Source: a virus. Taken from it: a stretch of DNA of 64,000 bases. The stretch is taken from the IMG/VR virus record IMGVR_UViG_3300045988_071280. One strand, 5' to 3'. Of the stretch, positions 9,028 through 17,179 are shown in pieces. The notes below the pieces were generated by a model. That model did no database searches, was not told the DNA's origin, and worked only from the letters and a program-made list of their open reading frames with translations. Positions within the stretch are counted from its first letter, which is position 1, and every line of letters begins with the position of its first letter. A program made the position numbers and the translations under genes.

Positions 9028-9055
9028 AAAGGATAGCTAATGCTATCCTTTATTT
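9028..9055 (+). terminator. rho-independent terminator
   Basis: Stem aaaggatagc/gctatccttt with a 4-nt loop, followed by T-rich sequence. Confidence 0.7.
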
Positions 9056-9089
9056 ATACCATGTATTATTATTAAAAAATTAACACAAG

Positions 9090-9491
9090 ATGAATAAACT
9101 AGATTATACAGAAGAAGAGTATAAAGAAATGTGTGCTAAATTAAACCAATTCAAGAGCACACGCAGTATAGTAGATAGAGATGTCTTGACAAAACAATTT
9201 TGTGATGTTTTCCATATTGCAGAAAATTCACTCATTAAATTCTTTAAAAAAGCTAAAATCCTCAGAAATGAACGTGTTACACATCCTTACATCGTTCATT
9301 GGGTTGATGAAGGCCCTATTTATATAGGAAAAGTGAAGGAAGCGGTTAGATTATACAAAGAGTATAATCTAGATAGAAACAAAAAATATTTAAGTAAAAA
9401 ATGTAAACCCTCCATTCAAGATTGTATAAATATCTTGAAGAAAGAGGGATATAAGATATACAAAGAAAAAATCGAATGGGTTGAGATATAA
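9090..9491 (+). CDS. hypothetical protein
   Basis: ORF track. Confidence 0.6.
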   Translation: MNKLDYTEEEYKEMCAKLNQFKSTRSIVDRDVLTKQFCDVFHIAENSLIKFFKKAKILRNERVTHPYIVHWVDEGPIYIGKVKEAVRLYKEYNLDRNKKYLSKKCKPSIQDCINILKKEGYKIYKEKIEWVEI

Positions 9492-9502
9492 CCTATTCGA
9501 TT

Positions 9503-9544
9503 TACCTAGAATGGTTAATGAAGGTTTGATTCCTTCACTAGGTA
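9503..9544 (+). other. tRNA-like minihelix (7-bp acceptor-like stem enclosing a T-arm-like hairpin)
   Basis: tacctag...gaagg-tttgatt-ccttc-a-ctaggta. There is no D arm or anticodon arm. It could simply be the terminator of the upstream gene. Confidence 0.3.
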
Positions 9545-9574
9545 CTAAGGGAGTTTTAATAATATTTTTTAAGT

Positions 9575-9757
9575 GATTAGAAAAGTGAGAGGTGGAATTT
9601 TTGTGACTCTAAACCACAAATTTTCCCCCTTTCACAACACTAATCCTCAACACTCACTAAAAATTTTCTCCGTAGTTCGTAAAACCACGGAAAATCTTGT
9701 GTTAATGAAAGAGGTGAGACAAGTTCTAATCTTGAACCCTAATCACCTCTTATTTTT
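9575..9757 (+). ncRNA. candidate small RNA or leader with terminator and competing upstream pairing
   Basis: The listed ORF 9573-9803 has atypical composition. The region starts with a G-poor CA-rich stretch. A terminator follows: gaggtga (9711-9717) / tcacctc (9743-9749) plus ttattttt. A second agaggtg copy near 9587-9593 could pair with the same 3' strand. Confidence 0.3.
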
Positions 9758-9819
9758 GTCTCCTAGTATCAATAAATATATAAGCTGTCTGTCTATGATT
9801 TAAACTTTAAATTTAAAAC

Positions 9820-9984
9820 ATGGTATTATTAATTATTTTAACAATACTTAATGCAGTATGTATAACTGCGTTAATAGTATTATTACAAAACATTAAAAAG
9901 ACAGCTAGTCCTTGGACGTATAGAATTTATTTATTCTTTACAATATTAGCTCTTCTCTTTTGTTGGATAAGAGTTATAATATAA
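9820..9984 (+). CDS. small two-TM protein (54 aa, below the ORF-track cutoff)
   Basis: Translates as MVLLIILTILNAVCITALIVLLQNIKKTASPWTYRIYLFFTILALLFCWIRVII*. Confidence 0.4.
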   Translation: MVLLIILTILNAVCITALIVLLQNIKKTASPWTYRIYLFFTILALLFCWIRVII

Positions 9985-10122
9985 ATTACAAGGATTGTTA
10001 GATAAAGATCTATTTAATACTAGATCAAAACTTAACAGATTAAATTGAAATATGATTTATGATATATGCTCAAACGTATGATGATAAGTGTATAATTATA
10101 TATCTTATCTAAGGATATGTAA

Positions 10123-10195
10123 GGTCCCATAGCGTAAAGGTTAACGCAAAACACTCATAATGTTGAGATTCTAGGTTCGAATCCTAGTGGGACCA
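10123..10195 (+). tRNA. tRNA with CAU anticodon (elongator Met, or Ile2 if C34 is lysidinylated)
   Basis: Manual cloverleaf: acceptor ggtccca/tgggacc, D stem gcgt/acgc, anticodon loop ctCATaa, T arm ctagg-ttcgaat-cctag, discriminator A. It lacks the three G-C pairs of an initiator anticodon stem. Confidence 0.85.
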
Positions 10196-10334
10196 CGATA
10201 TTGATTTTCAGGGTTTCTGTTTAGAATTTCTGGTTAATATTTTTTTGAAGTTTTTCATAATTGGTGTTTATTAACATTAGCATTTAATATGTCCATACTA
10301 ATGCACGAGATGTGATATCTCCTTCCTTATTAAG

Positions 10335-10358
10335 GGAGAGTTTAATACTCTCCTTTTT
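10335..10358 (+). terminator. rho-independent terminator
   Basis: Stem ggagag/ctctcc with a 7-nt loop, followed by T5. Confidence 0.55.
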
Positions 10359-10474
10359 AAATTTGTTTATTATGAGAAAGATAGATATAAAATATATAAT
10401 AACAATAATAGGAATATTTATATTTCTATTATTGTTATCTTCATTAGAATCCATCATTAATTCTATTTAAATAA

Positions 10475-10548
10475 GAGCGAATATCCAAATTGGTTAAGGG
10501 AATAGTCTGCAAAACTATATTGTGAGAGTTCGAATCTCTCTTCGCTCT
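10475..10548 (+). tRNA. trnC: tRNA-Cys(GCA)
   Basis: Acceptor gagcgaa/ttcgctc, anticodon arm atagt-ctGCAaa-actat, T arm gagag-ttcgaat-ctctc. The discriminator is U73, which is typical of tRNA-Cys. Confidence 0.85.
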
Positions 10549-10574
10549 CTTTAACAACCATTAAACACAAGACC

Positions 10575-10844
10575 ATGAAAATAGTAGTTAACAGATCCGG
10601 CGTTGGGTTAAATCTCTCCTTATCCGCGATAGAGTACTTAATTAAGTACAAGACAATCAAATCCTTATCTGATGTGGAAAACCTCGATCGATCCAACCCA
10701 AGATTAGTAAGATGTATTGAGGTATTAGGCGATGATTCATCATTAGATATACTAACCGTGATCACAGTCAGAGATGATTTTAAATATAAAATCTCTGAAA
10801 TTAAAGTAAACAATATCCACAGAGAAATTATTCTTATGGAGTAA
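10575..10844 (+). CDS. hypothetical protein
   Basis: ORF track. Preferred over the antisense ORF 10463-10813, which overlaps tRNA-Cys. Confidence 0.5.
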   Translation: MKIVVNRSGVGLNLSLSAIEYLIKYKTIKSLSDVENLDRSNPRLVRCIEVLGDDSSLDILTVITVRDDFKYKISEIKVNNIHREIILME

Positions 10845-11032
10845 GATATTTACATATGTAAATCTAATTAGTGTACAATAATTAGATATTCCAAGCTCCA
10901 CTGGTTATGGAGTATAAATATTTAAACCTGAATTTTAGATTTTTCAAATTGACCTAAATCTAATATCGTAGAATTAGATATAAAACAATTCCGGATTTAA
11001 GATAAGCGTGGAATACTTATTGTTAAATCAAC

Positions 11033-11102
11033 TTCTTAGTAGTTTAACTGGTGAAAACGTCACGTACAGTAGAAAATATTAGTTCGAATCTAATCTAAGA
11101 AG
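11033..11102 (+). tRNA. tRNA-like element with no foldable anticodon arm (degenerate tRNA or pseudogene)
   Basis: Good acceptor (ttcttag/ctaagaa), D arm (gttt/aaac, loop with GG) and T arm (attag-ttcgaat-ctaat). The 18 nt in between (tcacgtacagtagaaaat) give no 5-bp stem with a 7-nt loop. Confidence 0.35.
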
Positions 11103-11270
11103 CAATAAAGAAACTCATATAATTCATATCTTAATATTAATACTAACCTCTTCCGAAAAAGGGCAATAGTAGGATTGGAGTGGGGTCAGTGCCCTTGAGA
11201 TAATATCAAAATCAGCAGTAATATAGATGAGCTGTAACCACTCCTTTTATTAATTATCTGTTTTATTCTA

Positions 11271-11353
11271 TGCGGGGTAGTGTAAAGGTAACATCCTAGG
11301 CTCATAACCTAGAGAAGCGAAGAGCGTTGTTGGTTCGAATCCAACTCCCGCTA
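11271..11353 (+). tRNA. atypical class II-like tRNA: CAU anticodon plus 16-nt variable arm
   Basis: Anticodon arm ctagg-ctCATaa-cctag is perfect. D stem gtgt/acat. The variable region agaagcgaagagcgtt folds as a 4-bp stem with a 5-nt loop. T arm gttgg-ttcgaat-ccaac. The acceptor has a U1-U72 mismatch and discriminator A. Confidence 0.6.
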
Positions 11354-11438
11354 CTAATTATGGTTATATAACCAGAATTAAACATGTTAGCTATAGAGAG
11401 TGTTAGAAATAATACTCTCCTATTTAAATATTTAAAAT

Positions 11439-11663
11439 ATGTCAGCTGAATGCAAAGATTGTGGAATGATCTATAATGGATTCGATTTCCATATGGTTAT
11501 GTTACATACTTCTTTATGGGAGGAGGTTAGTAATGGAGATGTAGAGATATGTTTATGTGATAAATGTATAGAAAAAAGACTTGGAAGAAAGATTGCTAGA
11601 GAAGATCTAATTCCAAATATTCCTGTTAATAATTTATATATACAAATGTATCTAGATTTATAA
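11439..11663 (+). CDS. small zinc-ribbon protein
   Basis: CKDCG...CLCDKC motifs. Confidence 0.55.
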   Translation: MSAECKDCGMIYNGFDFHMVMLHTSLWEEVSNGDVEICLCDKCIEKRLGRKIAREDLIPNIPVNNLYIQMYLDL

Positions 11664-11673
11664 TTTATCGATT

Positions 11674-12057
11674 ATGAAAAAGAGAAAACTCCCGAAAGAA
11701 GTAAAGAGATGGATTAAATTTTTTATAAAAACTAATGCTTATTATAATTTTGATTGGGCATTTATATTGGATATGGAGAAGGAGAAATTATCTCAGTGTA
11801 TTAAATTCTATACTAATAATGGATGTCATGTTAATAATGATAGGATAATTTCGAAGATGAAATTAGCTGTGAGATTATTAGATATTGCTATAGATGAGGA
11901 TTTAGATTTTAAAGGTTATATAAATACCAGGAATATAAATAGATTTCTCTCTATAGATAAATATAATATTGATATTCTTCCACTTCTCCGAACTAAAAAA
12001 GCATGGTATTTGTATAATAAATTAAGATACTATTATATGAAAGAATGGTGGGATTAA
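11674..12057 (+). CDS. hypothetical protein
   Basis: ORF track. Confidence 0.6.
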   Translation: MKKRKLPKEVKRWIKFFIKTNAYYNFDWAFILDMEKEKLSQCIKFYTNNGCHVNNDRIISKMKLAVRLLDIAIDEDLDFKGYINTRNINRFLSIDKYNIDILPLLRTKKAWYLYNKLRYYYMKEWWD

Positions 12058-12711
12058 TTTATTATACTATAATAATAAAATTAGTCAGCAAATAGTCTAC
12101 AATTTACTTACAAAATACTTAATATAATTAAATTTATTTAAATTATAAATATATCTTATACAATCTTATATAAAACAATTTGTTATGTAATATAATAAGC
12201 TATAGTGCACGTATCATAAGTTAGAGAGGAGTAACTTCCTATTGATTGATAAACTGTTAATGACAGATTATAATATTTTAAATATTTCCTTATGGATTAA
12301 TCTGATAAACCGTATACCGGGAGTTGATATACTTATAAATATCTAATAAATTCATTACATAGGAAATTTATTAATATAAAAAATCAGTTCAGAATATTTA
12401 AGGTATTATAACGTGAGAATTTTACGTAAAGAATTCTGTTTCAACTCAAAGTTGATAGTTTTATGGTTTTTATGATAATTTCTGAATTAAGTAAGAAAGT
12501 AAAAAACTTGGTTTTGTAAAATTGACAAATTTACAAATCACTCTACTCACTGAGTGAATCTGAACGTAACTTATCGGAAGGATGTGAGAAAGTCAAATAG
12601 AGTAAGTGTACGAAAGTCGGACTGCTCGAAAGTTTAAATAGATTGTTACTATGGAATGTTCTTCCATTCTAAATTTAGACTTTAAATATATGTTACTTGG
12701 AGGATAGGGAT

Positions 12712-12764
12712 CAATCTTAATCGTTGTTAGGCTCCACAACTCGAAGAGATTAAGATTGTTTTTT
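12712..12764 (+). terminator. long hairpin followed by T6 (terminator or internal domain of the candidate RNA)
   Basis: caatcttaatc/gattaagattg is an 11-bp perfect stem enclosing a second stem gttgt/acaac, followed by tttttt. Confidence 0.5.
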
Positions 12765-13099
12765 AAATAGTTAAAATTATCCATATAAAATATGAGATAA
12801 ATTTAAAATATTAGATGTAGCAAAGTCAGTGAAGTTAAATACAGAAATACGCTTCGTAAAAGAACCTGTAGTCCTTAAAAGGATAGTGGTGATACTGAGC
12901 CAATCTATTTATATAGAAGGTAAGATTCCAAAAGCTACAATATTTATAGGGAATCAATCATGTAAGAAATTACATGAAAACTCTGATAATCTACAGTGCC
13001 TTTGTAGAAAAACAGAGGATGAAGTTAAGGCACAACTTCATTGGGATATATTCCCGGTGAAAGAGGTTTTATATATCTCTGGATCTGATTATTTAATAG

Positions 13100-13162
13100 T
13101 ACTTTGTGCATCGGATGCACTCGGAATGCCGCGAGGTTAAGGTTCGACTCCTTACAAAGTAC
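13100..13162 (+). other. compact tRNA-like structure (acceptor plus T arm; miniature D arm and aberrant anticodon region)
   Basis: tactttg ... taagg-ttcgact-cctta-caaagta gives a 7-bp acceptor and a canonical T arm. The internal 30 nt (gcat-cgg-atgc; ctcg-8 nt-cgag) are too short for a normal tRNA. No encoded CCA. Confidence 0.4.
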
Positions 13163-13189
13163 CTAATATTAATTTAAAAATAAAATTAT

Positions 13190-14089
13190 ATGGAAATTAG
13201 TAATAAAAATAAAGTATTTTTTGGAGAAGTTGGAGTTACATCTACATCTGCTACATACTTGTGTAATATAGCTAGAGAGTTATTGAAAGATCTAGAAGCT
13301 TCTTTAAATAATGTCTCATTTATTACGGAAGAAGTTAGTATACTAGGATCTGAAAATACAGTTAAAACTAAAGAAGGATATAACATATCAGAATTATCTG
13401 ATTTAGATTCCAAACTTGTGGAAGCAGCTGAATTAAAAGCATTTATTGCTTGGATGAGTGAAGGGATAAAAGCAAAGGAATCAGAAAATACTAGAGTATC
13501 ACAATATACTTTAGAAGACTATATATCCGATTTTCCTGAAGAAGCAGTTTCCAAGGTTAAGGAGTTTAAGAAAGATTTTGAATATGGAATTGGGAAATTA
13601 TCAATCTCCGATAGAGTTAAATTTCTATATTCCGAAGCTTTGGTATCTTCAATTGGGGAGTATATTCACAAAAATGGCTCACTAAAAAAAGCTTATGAAG
13701 AGTTATTAGATATAGCTCATAATAAGGTTAATGTGGAAACAGACACAAGAGATAGTTTAGTACTACTTACGAATAAGATACCTAGTGTAGATGTTAAAGA
13801 TGTGGAAAAGATACTTCTTAAATATCAAAATTTAAGAAGAGAACATGAGAAAGAATTAAATTTTATTAAATCTAAATTAAAGAGTCTTGATCATGAATAT
13901 AGAGTACATTTTAATTTAGAACATAAATCAGAATTAGAGCGATATAAGCAGGAAATGGGTATTTTACAGTCTAAATATCACGCATATGTTTTAAATAAAA
14001 TGAAGGAAATTGAGAATTTGAAAATTATCATTCCAAAAGAGTTAGAAAAAATTTACAATCATTTAGAAATAATATCTAAAGAAAAATAA
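13190..14089 (+). CDS. hypothetical protein (coiled-coil-rich C-terminus)
   Basis: ORF track. Confidence 0.65.
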   Translation: MEISNKNKVFFGEVGVTSTSATYLCNIARELLKDLEASLNNVSFITEEVSILGSENTVKTKEGYNISELSDLDSKLVEAAELKAFIAWMSEGIKAKESENTRVSQYTLEDYISDFPEEAVSKVKEFKKDFEYGIGKLSISDRVKFLYSEALVSSIGEYIHKNGSLKKAYEELLDIAHNKVNVETDTRDSLVLLTNKIPSVDVKDVEKILLKYQNLRREHEKELNFIKSKLKSLDHEYRVHFNLEHKSELERYKQEMGILQSKYHAYVLNKMKEIENLKIIIPKELEKIYNHLEIISKEK

Positions 14090-14402
14090 AAATAGGTAAT
14101 GCTGAAATTCATTGGAATGGAGGTATTTTTATATGTATAGATTATATAACATCTAATAGTATTTAGAAACCTAAAAGTTTCCACCACGTTTTAGTATATT
14201 AAAACACAAATAGCTTTTAAAATAGTAAGAATCTTTATCTAATCTTCATTTAAATTTGATTATTATTTAATTCTATGACCGATCATATATTATCTATAAT
14301 CAGATTTAAAGTCCTAGTCTTTGTCCTTGAGAAGATTCTTGCCCTTGACTTTTTCTTTGGCTATATTATATAATCTATACATAACTATTTTTAATAAACA
14401 TT

Positions 14403-14473
14403 TGTCCTATAGTATAATGGTAATACATCTGGTTTTGGTCCAGAGAATTGAGGTTCGAATCCTCGTAGGACAA
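14403..14473 (+). tRNA. trnQ: tRNA-Gln(UUG)
   Basis: Acceptor tgtccta/taggaca, D stem gtat/atac, anticodon arm tctgg-ttTTGgt-ccaga, T arm with ttcgaat loop. Confidence 0.85.
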
Positions 14474-14736
14474 CAATTCTATAATGGGAATTTTTAGATT
14501 GATTATTTTTTATAGAAAAATCTAGACAAATTTTGTTTGGACTTTTCTTTTCATTCAATAGATATTGAAAAATTCGAAAACATATGATAAATTCTCCAAA
14601 TAGTTATTTAACTGAATATTATATAAATAAAGTTTTGTTTATATAACTCTTTAAAAGACTGTAAAATATTAAAATCTCAAAACTAAACGGATTCTGCGAC
14701 TTATAAGTAGAATACCTCTTTTTGTCTATTTTATCA

Positions 14737-14830
14737 AGCCTAGATACTCTAAAACTATTTTTAAGTCAACTTCCAGATATGGTATGTTTGGACTATTATA
14801 GATTTTTGGAGTTCTAGGCTTTTTTATTTT
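14737..14830 (+). terminator. very long imperfect hairpin (8 bp + 1-nt bulge + 9 bp) followed by a T-run
   Basis: agcctaga-t-actctaaaa pairs with tttttggagt-tctaggct (one G-U pair), enclosing ~48 nt. It is followed by tttttatttt. Confidence 0.5.
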
Positions 14831-14856
14831 CATTTCTTAAACTCAAATTCTCAAAC

Positions 14857-15219
14857 ATGATAGTAGTAAATATATCAATTAGATATAATGATTTAATTCT
14901 CTTATTCAAAAAGAGACATAAAAATATATGGGATTCTTTAGAAGGTCCATTACTTCAAGCGGAAACAATGGAATCTTGTGCAAGTAGAATTGTGAAAAAT
15001 TCTATTAATCACAGGTTTCGGAGAGAGAGGTTTATAATGATTGATAGGGATAATGATTTAGAGGAACAGAGATATTTTTACTCTATTAATTTAGATCATA
15101 TCCCGGAATTTATACACCTCCCAAAAGATCTAGTTTCTTGTAAATGGTTTCATTTACATGATCTAGAATGTATTAAATTATCAAAGAATTTAAAAACATT
15201 GTTTAATATAAATACTTAA
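14857..15219 (+). CDS. hypothetical protein, possibly a degenerate Nudix fold
   Basis: GPLLQAETMESCASRIVKNS fits Gx5Ex7R of the Nudix box but lacks the catalytic EE. Confidence 0.45.
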   Translation: MIVVNISIRYNDLILLFKKRHKNIWDSLEGPLLQAETMESCASRIVKNSINHRFRRERFIMIDRDNDLEEQRYFYSINLDHIPEFIHLPKDLVSCKWFHLHDLECIKLSKNLKTLFNINT

Positions 15220-15223
15220 GATT

Positions 15224-15316
15224 ATGCAAGAACATAAGAATGAAGATAGTGCTGGGGTGATAGCTTTTGGAGTCATATTGATAATACTAACTCTTCTAGG
15301 AGTTATTAATCCATGA
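15224..15316 (+). CDS. tiny TM peptide (30 aa)
   Basis: MQEHKNEDSAGVIAFGVILIILTLLGVINP*. Its stop overlaps the next start (ATGA). Confidence 0.3.
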   Translation: MQEHKNEDSAGVIAFGVILIILTLLGVINP

Positions 15317-15786
15317 GAATAACCGCCAGAAAAAAGTTTTGGGAATATTTTAAATCTACTAAGACTATATACGGAAGAACTATTAAAGGGAGTTCCGATA
15401 TAATAGATCTTAAGGGGAATAGAGTATTTAAAACAAGCGGTAAATTTGGAGTAAATTGGATGGGATGGATGGTGTTAAAGTCCTCCGGATTTGGGTATTG
15501 GTCTATCTCATCCATGAAACCTCATCCTATTTATTCTATAAAAGAGGATGGGGATAAATATGATTTAAATGTGATAAAAGATACTTTAAACAAGAGAAGT
15601 ACTAAAGATTATCCCAATTTATCTATAAAAGAATTATTCGATATAATCTCACCAGAATTTAATGGAATGGTTTATATAGGAGATGAGCTTGATAGCGATC
15701 AATCGTTCTTAAATTCTCTTAGATATAAATTAGATCCCAAATTTGATTTAAATAGTGTTAAAAGTAAAAAGATGTTTATATATTAA
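15313..15786 (+). CDS. hypothetical protein
   Basis: ORF track; ATGA coupling to the upstream small ORF. Confidence 0.5.
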   Translation: MRITARKKFWEYFKSTKTIYGRTIKGSSDIIDLKGNRVFKTSGKFGVNWMGWMVLKSSGFGYWSISSMKPHPIYSIKEDGDKYDLNVIKDTLNKRSTKDYPNLSIKELFDIISPEFNGMVYIGDELDSDQSFLNSLRYKLDPKFDLNSVKSKKMFIY

Positions 15787-15798
15787 AATACACAAAAT

Positions 15799-16149
15799 AT
15801 GAATGAAGGAGTTACTAAAGCTACATATTTAAATAGTATCATTTCAAGTTTATCTGACAAAATTGATACTAGATTTATTTCGGATGGAAAACATACATTT
15901 GGGGAATTATACGATTATATAGCATATTTAGAAGCTTTATATTTAACTCAGACCAATGTATATAAAGCAGTTAAACGTACCATAAATAATACTACTTTTA
16001 TAGTAGTAAAATCTCGTGAATTCCCTCAGGGAGATGTAATTCAGACAAGTAAATTATATCCGATTAAATATATAGATCTATTTGCAGATATTCCAGAGGA
16101 TAAGGAAGTATCTCTAGTTAATATTCCACTCACTGATTTTTATATATAA
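15799..16149 (+). CDS. hypothetical protein
   Basis: ORF track. Confidence 0.6.
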   Translation: MNEGVTKATYLNSIISSLSDKIDTRFISDGKHTFGELYDYIAYLEALYLTQTNVYKAVKRTINNTTFIVVKSREFPQGDVIQTSKLYPIKYIDLFADIPEDKEVSLVNIPLTDFYI

Positions 16150-16151
16150 TT

Positions 16152-16391
16152 ATGAGTACAGAAATACTTTCATATAATAAATTCCAAGAAATTTTAAATC
16201 CTTATAAGGAATTTTGTGTGGAGATGTGTGAGGTTTTAGATACTACAAGAGTTCTTATATCTGAAATATTATCTATCACTCCTCTTAATTTAGAGCTTCC
16301 GGATATAAATAGAATTATTGAGGGGAATCAGTTAGATTTAGATTTAACAACTGAAGAGTTATTATTTAAAATTGATGAAATGTTTGTGTAA
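16152..16391 (+). CDS. hypothetical protein
   Basis: ORF track. Confidence 0.55.
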   Translation: MSTEILSYNKFQEILNPYKEFCVEMCEVLDTTRVLISEILSITPLNLELPDINRIIEGNQLDLDLTTEELLFKIDEMFV

Positions 16392-16627
16392 TGGATATTA
16401 TATATTTAGAATGTGAATGTAATTGCTCCGAACATCTAATGCGTTTTATTTCTTATGAAGGAGAGGAGGAGATTTATATAGAATATTATTTAAATCCGGA
16501 GGTGAGTTTTTGGAAGAGATTAAAGATCGCTATTAGATATTTATTTAATAGAAAATGTAAATTCGGAGCATTTGATGAAGTAATTGTAAATAAGGAAAAA
16601 TTAAAAGATCTTTTAAATAAATTATAA
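16391..16627 (+). CDS. hypothetical protein
   Basis: ORF track; start overlaps the upstream stop. Confidence 0.55.
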   Translation: MDIIYLECECNCSEHLMRFISYEGEEEIYIEYYLNPEVSFWKRLKIAIRYLFNRKCKFGAFDEVIVNKEKLKDLLNKL

Positions 16628-16631
16628 TAAA

Positions 16632-16802
16632 ATGTATATTATTGTAGGTTTTATATTATTATTATTGTCATGGGGTATATACTACCATGCTGAGAATTAC
16701 TGTGAATTAGAGCTTGGAGAATTTGAAAAGCTTATAGCCATAATATTAATGATGTTCGGTCTATTGTTAAGTTCTATAGCAATATTTCAGAAATTATTAT
16801 GA
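16632..16802 (+). CDS. small two-TM protein (56 aa)
   Basis: MYIIVGFILLLLSWGIYYHAEN...IAIILMMFGLLLSSIAIFQKLL*. Confidence 0.4.
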   Translation: MYIIVGFILLLLSWGIYYHAENYCELELGEFEKLIAIILMMFGLLLSSIAIFQKLL

Positions 16803-17125
16803 TAAATATAGCAGAAATAATAAAAAGATTTCCAGAAGATTTTAAGTATTATAATATACTTACGGGAGAATGTAGTGTAAAAGTATTAGAAGATGATAGT
16901 ATACACTTATCCTGAAGAATTACCAACTGGAACTCTGGTATTTGTAGCTGACGAAAGTGAGAATTTTAAAATAGGAACATATATAAAAATGGGGTTGTTC
17001 GTGTAGGATTTCCAAAGGGATTATGTAAAGCTTATGAATATATAATTCCATATGATCTTTTCAATCAAAAGACCGGAACATTTTCAGAAGAGGATAATTA
17101 TGGATATCATAGAAAAATTGAATGA
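16799..17125 (+). pseudogene. small gene read in three frames (two frameshifts next to homopolymers)
   Basis: MINIAEIIKRFPEDFKYYNILTGECSVKVLEDDSIHL / YPEELPTGTLVFVADESENFKIGTYIK / NGVVRVGFPKGLCKAYEYIIPYDLFNQ... form one sensible protein if 1 nt is restored near 16910 and in the A5/G4 run at 16985-16994. Confidence 0.5.
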
Positions 17126-17179
17126 AATATATAATATTTATTTCTGGATATTTAATAGCCATATCTGCATTTATTAAAT

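Larger units (their letters stand above)
12180..13162 (+). ncRNA. candidate large structured non-coding RNA (or two RNAs split at the 12712-12764 hairpin)
   Basis: ~1.1 kb without a credible ORF in an otherwise tightly packed genome. It is visibly GC-richer from ~12540 and has many 5-11 bp hairpins. It lies inside the tRNA island and ends in a tRNA-like domain. Confidence 0.35.

Noticed and set aside
10905-10921. Additional tRNA, suggested by the anticodon-arm-like hairpin ctcca-ctggtta-tggag.
   Set aside because: No T arm (no ttcgaat-type loop), D arm or acceptor pairing can be built from the flanking sequence.
12593-13140. ORFs 12593-12784 (-) and 12829-13140 (+, GTG start) as protein-coding genes.
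   Set aside because: Their amino-acid composition is unlike the K/N/I/E/Y-rich proteins of this genome. They have no start context and are threaded through strong hairpins and the tRNA-like element. I treat the region as non-coding RNA or regulatory sequence instead.
13100-13162. tmRNA, suggested by the ggttcgactcc T arm plus acceptor stem.
   Set aside because: Both acceptor strands lie within 63 nt. There is therefore no room for the pseudoknots or tag reading frame between them, in either standard or permuted order. There is no G-U at acceptor position 3, no CCA and no obvious Ala-resume tag ORF. A covariance search should still be run over 12180-13162.
13100-13162. Phage attP core carrying the 3' end of a host tRNA.
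   Set aside because: There is no integrase, excisionase or repressor anywhere in the 64 kb. The gene content looks like a virulent phage. The idea cannot be excluded without the rest of the genome.
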